DNA of 64,000 nt from Takakia lepidozioides. Its lineage: Eukaryota > Plantae > Bryophyta. Below, one piece after another: positions 12,632 through 25,759 of the stretch (the first letter of the stretch is position 1; every line of letters starts with the position of its first letter). Position numbers and translations under genes: made by a program. The notes under the pieces are model-generated. The model had not been told where the DNA came from, made no database searches, and saw only the letters and a list, made by a program, of their open reading frames with translations. The stretch spans positions 75,578,001 to 75,642,000 of the forward strand of contig CM060732.1 in the NCBI GenBank assembly GCA_030704615.1. The letters run 5' to 3'.

Positions 12632-14699
12632 ACTTGCAAGTGTAAATGACTAGCATAGCACCCTGCCAACAGTAAAGAATTATCTAGGATAGCATCAATG
12701 ACTCCCCCTCAATAAGAGTGCTTAGTTTCTTGCTGGCACCCAACTCTGAGAAGGCCCCCAAGTAGTAGCGATGTGCACTAATTCCATCCATATAGGAATA
12801 GACTCTGAGCTCCAGCCAAAAAAACCCAACACAGAAAGTTTGTCAATGCAAAACAATGTGGGAACTTCCTACGTTGTAAGAGAAGTATACCAGTCGTGCT
12901 ACAACACCGTTGATTCCACTGCGACCCAATCGAGATGTATTCTTCACACATCCCCGCCCCTTGACACCATTTGCCTGGAATTTCTTGAAATCTGTGGAAC
13001 CCCAACTAACAACTAGTTGTCTTGTCTGGCACATGATGGGGTTTGGGCAGCCCCACACTATAGTAATTTTTGAACAGCTTATTTCGTTGGTACTTGAGCT
13101 GCCCGCAAATTGTTTTTGTAATAGCCTTTATGTTAAGACCAGGAGGTCCATATTCCCAATCTGAAGCCAATATCTCCATGATCTTTTCAATTAAGTGTAA
13201 TGGTTGATCCTGAGCATACAATGACTAGTCCAACAAACGTTGACACTGCCCTCGCAGAGCTGTCATCCACTGGTTCCGAGCAGGACCTTCAGGGTTTCCA
13301 AGTTCATCACAAGAAATGAAAAATTTCCTCCTCCAAACAGCCACATTTTGAGCAGCCTGGTCTCTCAAATCTTTGCAAGTGCCCTTCTTTCCCTCCTTAA
13401 AGCATTTTTGCGTTCTACAGGAGTCACACCTGATGTCCCCCCAGGAGTAAGGCTGGAATCCTGCAAGGTTTCAGCAGTACCTTGCATGTTACCACCTTCA
13501 CTCTATTGTGGCTGGACTGATGTCTCCCACCCCACAGGATGATGCGGAGAAGATGCATCCTCGGTCTGTTTCAGAATGCCTTTCCCTTTCAGGGTATTAG
13601 GTGTACCTGGAGATGTTGGATAAAGAGGTGGCCGCGGTGCAGTGAAGCTTGAAGGTGCCGGCTGTTGTACTCCACTGTAGTTGGATGCTGAAGGTTGGTG
13701 GCCACCATACTGGACCTCCCCCTGGTGTGGTCTTGCAGGGCTGGTAGGATAGAGGGAGGAAGTAGGTTGGTTGTACATAGGGCGAGGAGGATACATACTA
13801 TGAGGATGCATTCCATAATGGTGGATACCCACCTTGACTAGGATCATGCATTGGAGCGCCGGCAGGTGGAGCAAAAGAATTGTAATTATTGCACTGAGGA
13901 TCATTGTTTGGAGGTTGATAGTGAGGATACGGCATGTGCCCATGCAGATTATACCCTGACATGGCAGGATACTGCGGGTATATAGGCGGATACGAGGGAG
14001 GAGCCGATACTGGTGGATACAAGGGAGCTGGAACGTCAGTCTGTGGAGTAGGCGGGGCTGGTTTTTCGTAAGTTGGAACATATGCACCACTCATCACAGC
14101 AGCTGGCGCAATAGTTGGTGCACACTTCGCAAGAGTAAGAGACTTATGCTCGTTCGCATCCTTCCCTGCAATTCCCTTCCTTTTTTTGACTGAACTCTAC
14201 ACACATCGCTCAACATAAACATGAGAAACAATATAATTCTCATACTTGTCCACTCGAACATGCATGAATTCCAGAAGCAACTGTAACAATGCTTCATTGT
14301 GATCTAAACTGGGGCTGGAAACCCATACATAAATGTTAAAGGTGCCCAGAATGCTGACCCAAAAATCTCTGAAGTCGGAGGGAGTGAACTTTCCAAACTT
14401 GAGAGGCCCAGACTTCTGTAATATTCCATACATGGCATTGTGTCTGTACCTCTGTTCAACATATTCAAAATTTCAGGCTGAGGCTTGGGTTATATTCGAA
14501 CAATCCCTAAATTTGTCCAAAGAGGTACTCAAAAGGAAAAAGAGGCAACATTTATATACCATCATGAAGGAGAGTCAAGCATACCATAAGAGTACCAGCA
14601 CTCACATTGCTGAAAACAAAGGCACATGGTCCATAAGTTGAATTGGCAAAGAGATGTTGGAGGGTTTAGGGGTAAGGACTTCAAGTGCCTCTAGTGCTG

Positions 14700-15200
14700 C
14701 ACTGTCTATCTGGCTTTGTTGCAATCCCTCTTTCCTCTCTATTTGTTGTTCAAAGGTATTCTTCCCGCCCTGAATTTAAATTTCAGTCTAGTGTCGAGGG
14801 TGGGTAAAACCTTGAGGTCATCCCATGTCACAGATTGGAAACAAGTTCAGGGAAGTTTTCAGCCTAACTTCATTTTCATCAGAGAATTTCTTGCAACATA
14901 CATAGCTTTGGACACTATAGCCTCTAAGTCAGATTTATTCAACAGGGTCAAGACTTGCGGGCTGAGATTCACATCCTTGAGAATCTCTTCTATTCTCTTC
15001 CGCCATGACTTAGCCTGTTTGACAGGGTGATCCTGCTTCCAAGTCGTCGGGAGCTTAAGGGATGCCAAACTCACCCCGAACAACCACATTGGCTATTTTG
15101 GAGCATGCTGACATGCACTCCGTAAGCACCCCACTTGAATGGATTCTAGAGACTTTGCAATAGAGACTGAGAGATAAATGTACTCATGAGACCAACTTAG
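14700..15200 (-). mobile_element. LINE remnant (region C-terminal to RT)
   Basis: KSLESIQVGCLRS, IANVVVRGEFGIP and LKFKFRAGRIPLN resemble post-RT LINE motifs. Many stops. Confidence 0.5.
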
Positions 15201-15731
15201 TACCCACTGTAGTCGGTGTAGAAATGAAGGGCAAAGATCTCTATGGTTTTAAGCAAGCACTGGTTTGCTTTAAGTAAAGGCTAAGGCTGACTAGGAGGTC
15301 ACTGACTTACAGTCCACATGCTAGCACAAATGTCGGTTTCCTGGAAATCCCAGTATGACAGTACAGTTAATATGAATATTGTTCAGTGATGTCTGTCACT
15401 ATGAAGAAAAGTGGTTTTTTGAAGGGTTTTCTAACAAACCCCACCACCCACCCCAATCACCCAGAAGTGTGAAACAAATCAGGAGCAAGACTGGTTTAGG
15501 AGAAGGGGTGATGGTGCCTTGCAATGCAAGGCTGTTTTGTCCTTGTTTTAAAATAAAAAAAAAACTTTCTGATCTGGTCAAGTCCTGACAGATCCTTCCT
15601 TGTTGTAACAAGACAAGCCCTATCTCTCTCCCTCCCTCCGTTTTGTTGCGTCCAAACTGGTGGTGGGATATGGCCACAAGGCTATGGCAAAAACGTCTTA
15701 TGAGTTCATTCTCTCTCCTCCCTCTCTGCAG

Positions 15732-15868
15732 GAAGACAGAGCATGCGAATGAAAATTTCAGGAGGGCAAACTTCACATCAGCTGACAGGAGGGAGTCAAA
15801 CTTCAGTGGAAGCAACTTCAATGGTGCCTACCTTGAGAAAGCTGTTGCTTTCAGAACTAATTTTCATG
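15732..15868 (+). pseudogene. Orphan exon of a thylakoid lumenal pentapeptide-repeat protein (TL20.3-like)
   Basis: KTEHANENFRRANFTSADRRESNFSGSNFNGAYLEKAVAFRTNF, flanked by TGCAG| and |GTACGT. No other exons recognised in the window. Confidence 0.8.
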
Positions 15869-17081
15869 GTACGTGTCGTCACATAACTTGTATCTATCAT
15901 TTATGTGCACTATGATATACAAGTGTAGAAATAAACATTAACCCACCCTTCTGTCTGTATTCTCTCGACAAAGTTAGGCATAAAACTTTCCTGAACTTGT
16001 TTCAAGAATGTGACATGGGTGAGGACCTTAAGGATGATCTGAAGGGCCTACCTACCGTCGGCACTAGACTCAAACCCAAGGCAGGGAGTTTTTGAACAGT
16101 AAACAGAATGGAGAGAGGTAAGGGAGATTGTCAATGTCGGGTATGCAGGTGGCCTGAAGACAATATCCATTTCCTGATACAATATCCGGGGTACTCTCAT
16201 CAGAGAGTGACCCTCTTCAGGACCATCAAGAACATTGTCCATGCACCTCTATTCACCAACTGAAATCTCGAGGCCGAGCCTAAAGCCCTGGCCCTGTTGT
16301 GGTCTAATTGGTGGGTAGCTCACACATAGGAGATTGATGCGCTAGTGAAGGGTTTTCTAGAGAAGATCTGGAAAGCCCAAACTAATTGTTTATATGAGTA
16401 AGTCCCACTACTGGAGTAAGGCCCTCAAAAAGGTGTTCCATCTTGTTTTGCCCAACTGGGCGTGGGGTCTATGGCCACAAGGCTACAACACACATCATCT
16501 TGTGAGTACATCAAACACAGTTTGAAGAATGAAACCACTCAGCTGGCCTGTAAACTGAGATTGATCCAAGTCAAGACGGGTCTTCGGAACCCTCTGGTAT
16601 CAGATCCCAAGGGTAGATTACTTCCGTAAAATACTTCCTTCAAGGAAACATGAGGCTGTCGTCAAGTGTTGTACCATTCGTCCTAGGGAGTGGCTGCCTC
16701 ATGCCATAGGCGATTTCCATCATCTATCCAATGTACTCTGTGGCAAAACTTACACATATAGCTTAGAGACCCATGAAAGGGACCCTCACCTGCACCCGTC
16801 CCAAAAACCACCACATCCAACAGAATGCATGTTAGTGAGGATGTGCAAGGTGAGTAGCAGGTCTTCACGCTTGCTATCGCTGTCCAACATGCAGATCTAA
16901 GCAAGTGAAAGATTGCAAGAGTAACATTAAAGGTGTGACATTGCATAGAACCTTGAAAGTTTGAGGCAGGCCAGTCTGCGACGTTGCGCATATCCGTTCA
17001 CGCAACAAGTAATTAGATTCCTCTGATTCTGATGAAGAAGAAGAAGGGAGTGAGGATGAAAGGAAGAAAGAAGATGCAGGC

Positions 17082-20000
17082 ATGCAAAGTAATGAAGAGA
17101 CTTTGGCTGAAGTAATATGCCAGACCAAAGCAGAGATTACCATTGGACAGCTATTGGCTGTGGCACCTTATTGTAGGCACAGGCTGTATCAAGCAATCAA
17201 TCGAATTGCCCAGGAGACAGGAAACACAGACCTGAACAGCAAGGTGACCAGTTATAATGTGAAGCCGGAAGGGCGAGAAACAGTCATGGACTTTGATGAT
17301 TCTATGCCAGTAATCCAATTGAGAATTGGAAGCACAGAACTAACTGATGTACTGATAGATGGAGGTTCTGGAGTAAATATCATGACAGACCAATTAAGGA
17401 AGAAGCTTGGTCTAAGTAACATGAAACCATCCCCATTTACAGTAACAATGGCAGATCAAAGAAGTGTACAGCCATTGGGATTAATAAGAGGAGTTAAGAT
17501 ACGGATACAGAAGATGATCTTTATGATCACAGTAACTGTGTTGAAGATGGATGAAGTCATGGAGGCTTACTCCTTATTATTGGGACGTCCGTGGCTGAAA
17601 CAGGCCAGGGTATTCCATGACTGGAATTCTCAGTTACTAACCGTGCATAATGGGATACACGAGATACAAATTACCACAAAGAAATCTAGTAGATTACCTG
17701 CTACAAGAAGACCTCGAGGAGTCAGAGAGTATGACTGGAGAGGAGGACTGGATGAGGAGCAGGAAGCTACCCTATTTGCTGCACACCTAGAGTGGGAGCA
17801 GGTTGCAGAGATGCGGCTGGAAAGCCTAAGTTGTTTAAGAGGTATCTGCTGTGGTGTAGTGACAGCAACACCAACTGAAGAGGAAACCAGCAGTTACCCA
17901 TCACATTTCTATGAAGAAAGAGAAGGAGAAATGGAAATCCTAGAGGAACCAGCCACTGTGAGCTTACAGGATGAAGTGGTGACTGGTTGGACAATCACAG
18001 CTGATGAGCAAGTGAGGGAAGTGAATGTGGGAACTAAAGAGGAACCGAGGATGGTGAAAGTAGGAGCTGATTTGGAGCCGGAATTCTTTGAAGAAGCTAA
18101 AAGCTTGTTCATCAAATACAGAGATGTATTTGCTTGGAGCTATGAGGATCTAAAAGGGATACCACCTGAAGTCTGTCAGCATAAGATTGAACTAGAACCA
18201 GGGTCAGTACCAATCAAGCAGGCGAGGTACAGAATGAATCCCAACTACGCACAGAAGGTTGGAGAAGAGATTAAGAAGTTGGCTGAGGCTAAGTTTATAT
18301 ACCCAATAGAGTATACAACTTGGTTGTCACCCATTGTTATAGTTCCCAAGAAGAATGGCAAACTAAGAGTATGTGTGAACTACAAGAAGCTGAATGCTTG
18401 TACGAAGAAATATCCTTTCCCTTTGCCATTCACAGAAGCAGTATTAGGCACTGTGGCAGGCCATGAGATGTACTCATTCATGGATGGCTTCAGTGGTTAT
18501 AATCAAGTGCAAGTGGCAGAAGAAGACCAAGGAAAAACAGCTTTCATCACAGACTGGGGTGCTTATGCATACAAAGTTATGCCCTTTGGACTTTGTAATG
18601 CACCAGCGACCTTTCAGAGAGTGATAAGTGAATCTTTTCATGAGTATCTGGATGATTTCATACAGGTATTCTTGGATGATTTCAGTGTGTACAGCTCTAA
18701 GAATGAGCACTTACATAAATTGGAGTTATGTCTGGCCAGATGCAAGATGAGAGGTCTGGGCCTGAATCCAGAGAAGTGTACTTTCTGTGTGAACTCAGGG
18801 TTGCTTCTGGGACACATTGTGTGTAAGAAGGGACTTCTTGTGGATCCCAGGAAGACAGAGTCCATTAAAGCCTCTCCACCACCAGTGAATGTTAAGAGTC
18901 TAAGGAGATTCCTTGGGCAAACCAGTTATTACAGAAGATTTGTCAAAAGGTATGCACAAATAGCAGCACCATTGAGCAAGCTACTGAAGAAAGATGCAGT
19001 GTTTGCCTGGACAGCTGAATGTCAACAGGCGTTTGAGGAACTTACACTGTCAGTAACAACTACACTTGTGCTGATTAACCCTCACTGGCATGTAGTATTT
19101 CATGTTCACTGCGATGCATCAGGAGAAGCGTTGGGAGCGGTGTTAGCCCAGAATGTTACAGGAAATATAGATTCACCTGTGTACTATGCTAGCAAGTTGA
19201 TGAACAGTGCTGAAAGGAACTATAGCACAACGGAAAGAGAAGCATTGGCAATGATCTATGCAGTGAAGAAATTCAGGCATTACCTGTTGGGCAAGAAGTT
19301 TATGTTCTATGTGGATCACCAGGCTCTGATATACCTGGTAAACAAACCTCTGATAAGCGGAAGAATAACAAGATGGTTGATAATCTTGCACGAGTTTGAG
19401 TTTGAGGTTGTTTACAAGCCTGGGAGACTGCATCTTGTGGCGGATCACTTGTCACGGTTATCAACAGGAGAACCAGCCACAGGAATAGATGATCAATTAC
19501 CAGATGCGAGTCTATTTGCAGTGGAGGTGCATGGAAGTGCAGATGACTGGTTAGATTGGCAGTGGCCAATCAGATACTACCTTGCTCATGGTCAGTGCCC
19601 ACCTAGTTATGGTAAGGAGCAGAGGAAGAGAATCGCTATCAAAGCTTTATCTTATACTATGGTAGGAAGCAGAATGTATAAGCTAGGACCTGATGGAGTA
19701 CTAAAACGATGCTTGTACCACCATGAAGTAAATAAAGTTTTGGAGGAAGTTCATAAAGGAGTGGCTGGAGGTCATTTTGGAGAAGAGACTACCAGTAGGA
19801 AGATACTACTCGCAGGTTACTGGTGGCCTACTTTGTTCAAAGATGTACACGAGTATTGTCAGAGTTGTGATGAATGTCAGAGGCTAGGACCTTTGCAGAG
19901 ATCTGGAAGGATGGCCTTGCATCCTACAATGCCTACGGAACCATTTCAGAAATGGGGACTAGACTTTGTTGGACCAATTAACCCACCAGCCAAGAATACA

Positions 20001-20612
20001 CGGAACAGGTACATAATTACAGCCACTGATTATACTACGAAGTGGGTGGAAGCTAAAGCTTTGAGGGACAACACAGCCAAGTCCACAGCAAGGTTCCTGT
20101 ATGAGAACATACTTACACGATTTGGCTGTCCCTTAGAATTTATCAGTGATCAGGGAAGTCACTTCATGAATGAGACCATTGAGTTGTTGACTAAAGAGTT
20201 CATGATTGTGCATAGAAAGAGTACAACATATTACCCATAGGGTAATGGGCAGGCAGAGGCTACCAACAAAATACTATGTACTATCTTGGCTAAGATAGTC
20301 AATGCAAACAGAACGGATTGGGATACAAAGCTGCTGACAGCTTTGTGGTCATACAGGACTTCATATAAAGTCACCACTAAGTATACACCATTCCAATTAG
20401 TTTATGGTATGGAAGCCTTACTTCCAGTGGAATTCCTGTTACCTACCATGAGAACGGAGTGGGGAAAGAGAATGGAATTGCAAGATTCCATTAAGGTCAG
20501 GAAACATGAATTATACCATGTGGAAGAAGTACGTGCTGATGCAGCGTGGAAGTCAGGGCGCGACACACAGCTGAGAAGGAAGTGCAATAACAGGTGTCAT
20601 CAAGAAAGATGA
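17082..20612 (+). mobile_element. pol: Ty3/Gypsy pol (protease-RT-RNase H-integrase) with a nonsense codon at 20238-20240
   Basis: LIDGGSGVN protease, FLDD RT, CDAS/ERNYSTTERE RNase H, H-H-C-C zinc finger, WGLDFVGP and SDQG integrase. PR-RT-RH-INT order. YYP*GNGQAE continues in frame. gag and 5' LTR not recognised. Confidence 0.95.
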
Positions 20613-20936
20613 CAAGAATGGCCGTCAAAATACCTAATCAGCGCGTCAAATTGGATGAAAGACGGGCCCATTAATGAATACGGAAAAAGGGGAACGGAAC
20701 AAACGGCAAGTACAGAAAAGCGAAATTCTTGTCACATGTGTGATCCTAGTGGACTATCCAGCAGGGAAAGTCCACTAAAGAAAATGAAATCTAAAATCCA
20801 GTCACAGCGGTTACAGCCAATAGAAAGCCAGAGAAATGATCAAAAAATTGGAGGGAAATTAAGCGCAAGAGGCGGCGTCGTTCTGAGTAACGGGCGTCTC
20901 GACGAGACAAACCATCAATGCTATAGCTTGGAAACT

Positions 20937-23900
20937 ATGGAGGAACTAACAGACTATACGCTCGCAATATTACTTACGCAGTGGCATAGACACGAAAGAA
21001 CAGAGCGGAGCTTTTCTCTTGATCGATGCTTGCAAGCTCCACAGGCTTACAAGAAATTACCCATAGATTTTTGTGGCAACCATACGTTTATGCTTTGTGC
21101 ACTACAGGCATTTCTGCAGTTGTTACAGCCAAAACATTTCTGTGGGTCTAAAATGAAGAGAGTGAGAGGAATGGAGGAAATCAGGGTGAAGAGCACCACA
21201 ATTCTGCAGAAACAAACGATTGCTACCCCACAGGCGATACAGATACTGAAGGAACTGAGATTGCAAGGATTGCAAAGCATAGATTGGACATTGCACCATA
21301 GACAGTACATGTTACAATTCTTGCAGAACTTTGAGCCAAGGACAGGAACAACAACGGTGAAGGGAGTTGAATTAGTAATTACTCCCCTATACCTCCAGCA
21401 ATTGTTTCGATTGCCAACAGGTCAGGTGCATGTGGAGGAGCACAGGGCAAGACTGCAAATAGGGGACTTATTCCAAGAAGGAAGTTTATTTAAAACTCAA
21501 GGTTATGCTTGTACCAAGGCCGTGTACCCAGGGCTAAAGGAGGTAGGCCAGGTATTGAACGTTCTGATTGCCATGAAACAGAACCAATAGTATTTGAGCA
21601 GATCCTTCACGGAGGAAATACTCAAAGCCCTGAAAGGACAAGAGGTAGAATGGGCGGACATAATGTACAACGCACTGGTGGAGGAGATGAAAAGATTACA
21701 AGGTACTACCGCAAAGTCTCCTATCATAGTGTCTGGCCCAATCATTGCTCAAATAATTCTTGATTCTGGCATACTTGATGCGCAAGAAAGAAAGGAGATG
21801 GGAGTGTTTGAGCCAGAAACCACTGCAATGGAAGAGCAAGGCTCTTCACACAGTGAGGGTGGACTAGCAGGGCAACCCGAGACTAAGAGGCAGAGACGGG
21901 GAAAGACTGTAGTGGCGGATCCACTGGCTTCATGGATTCCGCATGATAATGTTTCCCAAGCTCATGTGCAGGAAGGGGGCACAGCAGAACAGAGAACTGC
22001 TATTACTGGAAGCAGGACCTTCAGAGAGGGAAGAGGAAGTTACTTCAGTATCACAGCCATCACAGCCAGCTGATCGGCTTGTCACAAGGTTACAAGTTGT
22101 CCATGCAGCTCAACCAGAAATAATTGATTTGGAAAAAGAAGGGTTAGATATTCCAACTACAGAACAGATAGTGGCAGAAATTGAAAAAGGGGACCTTCTC
22201 TATGAATATTCTGGTCTGGTCAAGGAGACAGAGATTCCAGAGGTGCAACAGTTGCCCAAGGGAAATCCTGAGGTGCATATAATACACACACCTGTGTCGG
22301 AGGTACCACAGGTAGAATGTCAAGACACTGCAGCACCGGTGATGGATGAAGTGGTTCAGGAAGAAAATCCGGTGGGACAATGGCCTGAGTGGTTCGTGAG
22401 ACATCACACGGTTGAGGATCAGGAGGAACAGCAGCAACCTCACCATGATGACCCTCAACAGGCAATGCTGATGAGTTCCATAGGCATGACACTTAATTTG
22501 TTGGGGACTTATGTCAAATCCCATGTTCCAACTACCCAATTGACAGCCTTGAGAGAGGAACTCAGGAAGGAGTTTGAGGCTCGACTAGCCACTGAGTGTG
22601 CAAACAAGGTTGATGAAGAGGTCACTCTCAAGATGCAGCAGGACTTGGAAAATACAGAAGCGGCTTTGCAATTGGCCAAGGAACAATTGATTGAGGCAGG
22701 CCTCGCGCAAGACCAGTTGCACGAAGCACATAAGCAACAGCTATACCAAATGCAGGTGCAACATGAAACCAAGTTGCAAGAAGTGAATGCACTACATACG
22801 GAGTTGCAGACAGTGCATGAAAGGATGGCGATACAATGTGCTACATTCACAACTATGCTTGACCAATCTACAAAAGAAATAAACAGTCAAGCGGAAAAAT
22901 GTACAAAGGCAGAAGCAGAGAATGTTGAGCAAATGAACCTCATTGTCGATATGAAGAATACAATCTGTCGCAATGAGGATACTTTCAAGCAATACAAGCA
23001 GATTGAAGCTGATCAAGAGAAGTACATCCTGGAGTTGCAACAAACGCTCGTGGCCAATAGAAATGAAATCTTGGTCACTAACAAGGCTTGGAAGGAAGCT
23101 AATAATCTACTTGCTGCCTATGCGAATTTGGTTGAACCTCATGCGAAGCGCATGGAGGCTTTACAACAGCAGTTAGAAGTGTACAAACTCAGAGAGGAGC
23201 ACACTCTCAGAGGAACCACAAGCAACTTGGTGGATAACAACCTTATGTAGGTCTGGTTAGCACAAGGGCCAGTGGAGGGCAAAGCACCACGAAAGCTCAC
23301 CCAAAGCGAGATGAATGAGCTCAGACTGCAAGTGCAAAACATTGCCACAACTACTATAGACAATGTCTATAGTAGAATAGCAGAGTTACAGGAGGATGTA
23401 GACGGACTGCAGACTCAAGTGGAGGACCTCACTTCAAATATCGACAAAAGAGTCTATATCCCTCAGGAACAGCTAATGGCTTCTTATTTACAAGCCAGAA
23501 CTTTGGCTTTTCAGTCTTCATAGGAGGTGCAGGAGATGCCAATGATACAAGAGCCAGTACCACCAACACCACAACAAGTCACTGTACCAGTAGCTGAACC
23601 TGTTGTTACTACAACCACACCACAGCCACCACAGCCTGAGGTATGGGGCAATGCTGCTTTTAACCCACCTAAAACTCCAGCTGCAAGGGAGTACAGTAGG
23701 GCTATGATTATGCCCTTCAACCAAATTCCCATCATGTTGGATTTAGCTTGGAAAGAATTTAGTCATCCGCAGTCATTCACACATTACTACCAAATCATGC
23801 GTATTTGGCTGCCAGTGGCAACTAGGACTAAAGTTCTTCCGAACAATCGACATATTGAGGATCATCACTTTGCACAATACTGGCATGAGGCAAGTACAAT

Positions 23901-24603
23901 GTTGAAGGAATTAATTGCCTTCCAAGTTGTACATGGATTCATTTATACCAAGACCAAGGAGGTAGCAAGTATTGTCATGGGATGCGGGTTATACTACGCT
24001 GCTTGTTTTCTGGTACGTTATCACATTGAGCAGCACAAGATGCAATCGCGCTTTCTGAGTTATTCCAGTGGGGATCATTAGATCTTACCTTCAGTGCCAC
24101 CTCATATGTACCTATATGAGGCAAAAGTTATGATGCAAAAGGATTCTCAAATTCGTTCATGGTTTCAAGCGGCCTGGAACAATTTGTCAACACAGAAATT
24201 CGGCATTGATGATATTTTCTATAAGGGACATGTGGCATGGAAATACTTGCACGGTGCACAAGTAATTGGTACCCCACTCACCTGGACTGACAAGGAACTC
24301 AGTGTCTTCACCAATTTTGCTGTTCAGCGTTTACAACAAATTGTAAAATATAAACTTCCAGACATGGTAGGACAACATTGTATGCCCCAGAGGATTCCAC
24401 AGAAAGTTCGACAATTAAAACACCTGAGAGGCGATGAGGATTCTGATACAACTGTTTCTTCAGCGGATTCTTTTGACATGGGAGAAGACTATGCAATTCA
24501 GATGGCAGAGAAGAAGCGACGGGGGTCTCCTATGCCTGAAAGGTTACCTCGATATCAGCCTCCAGAGGGCCTCACTTATCCTGGTAGTGTTCAAACATCT
24601 TAA
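20937..24603 (+). pseudogene. Extra 3' ORF of the Gypsy element (~1150-1220 aa reconstructed, long coiled coil)
   Basis: ORFs 20655-21590, 21594-22073, 21943-23250, 23272-23523, 23527-24081 and 24094-24603 join through four in-frame TAGs and one frameshift. The ORF lies between the integrase and the PPT. Confidence 0.75.
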
Positions 24604-24722
24604 ACCAGTGACAGACCTCGGGCTCGTACACACAGTCCGCCACGAAACTCTCAACGTCAGAAAGGTGCTCACTCACAAAGGTTTGCTAATCGCAATCAGT
24701 AACCGTGAGGACACGGCTTTTT

Positions 24723-25095
24723 GAGAGGGGAAGGGGTAATGTTAGAGGACTGTCTGGGACTTAGACACTTATACGGGATCTGTAGGGTACCCTTAATTTT
24801 TGCACAGACTGAGACCAACAGGAGCCTTAGGGGTGATAACAACGCACTGTAGAGGGGGGTTACACAGTCCGTCACAGTCGTCACAGCCGACACAGCCACA
24901 CAGCCAGTCACAGCCGACACAGCCAGACACAGTTAGCACAGCTCGTCACAGCCCGACACAGCCATCACAGCCAACACAGTCCGTCACAGCCGACACAGCC
25001 ACACAGCCAGTCACAGCCCGACACAGCCAAACACAGTCGCACAGCCAGTCACAGCCCATCACAGTTTCACACAGCCAGTCACAGCTTGACACAGC
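24723..25095 (+). mobile_element. Polypurine tract and start of the 3' LTR, with ACAGCC/ACAGTC short tandem repeats
   Basis: GAGAGGGGAAGGGG (24723-24736) followed by TGTTAG at 24740. ACAG(C/T)C repeats at 24864-25095. Confidence 0.7.
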
Positions 25096-25759
25096 TGTCA
25101 CGACCATAGGGAACGGAGAGCAGGACAGGGAACGACTGTGGGGAACAACACCTGCAAATGGAACATGTTAGTTCACGGACGATGGTTAGTGAGGGAAACG
25201 GTTAGAGCCACAGGTAGGAAGATAAAGGGAGAAGCAAGGACTGAGAAGGAGACATATTCTTGGAAGCACTTCACGGGGAACGCTTCTTGGTCATGCATGA
25301 GAGGAGATCAGGCGGAGAGCAAGAACGGGAGCAAGGATGGAGAGCACGGTGAAGGAGGAAAGATGATTAGTAGATGATTGTTATATGCAAAGATGTAGTG
25401 ATATTGTAGAGCAGATTAGAGACACAATGGCTTCGGCCTGATACCTGATAAATCATAATCTGATACTTATACGATACAATCACACTGTGTAGAGAGATCT
25501 GAGTGAAGCTGTGGAATGAATGGATGAGTTGATGGAATCCGATAGATTGATGAAGCAAACTGATACTTAATTATCAATGGTAAGGTAGCTAACATGAATG
25601 CGGAAAGGGAAACAAATAGGAAACACCCCCATGATACACTAGCTGTAGGTCATGACTGATTGTTCTGCGCGGGCTAAGTACTTAGAGATTTCCAACTCTT
25701 CTATCTTGGAGTTTTCACCTCGGATAGCGAAGGGATGGGTGAGTAAAAGCCGCGCGACA
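25096..25759. mobile_element. Probable LTR of a second retroelement
   Basis: TGTCACG...CGCGACA termini. It interrupts the upstream LTR and abuts a chromovirus integrase tail. Flanks (ACAGC/GAGTT) are not a TSD. Confidence 0.5.

Larger units (their letters stand above)
10265..14500 (-). mobile_element. CACTA element (one terminus plus degraded TnpA-like ORF)
   Basis: CACTACTAGATAAACC terminus at 10265 interrupts the array, followed by TTTTGAC subterminal repeats. On the minus strand: Ptta/En/Spm-like PHHVP...LVVSWGSTDF...VKNTSRLGRSG (12850-13220) and C-terminal VKLVMISEVVLPYP...TLGDTQGSSTLW (11262-11465). The far boundary is approximate. Confidence 0.75.

Noticed and set aside
24800-25171. 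Ser/Gln/Thr-rich 123-aa ORF
   Set aside because: Translation of ACAGCC repeats within an LTR.
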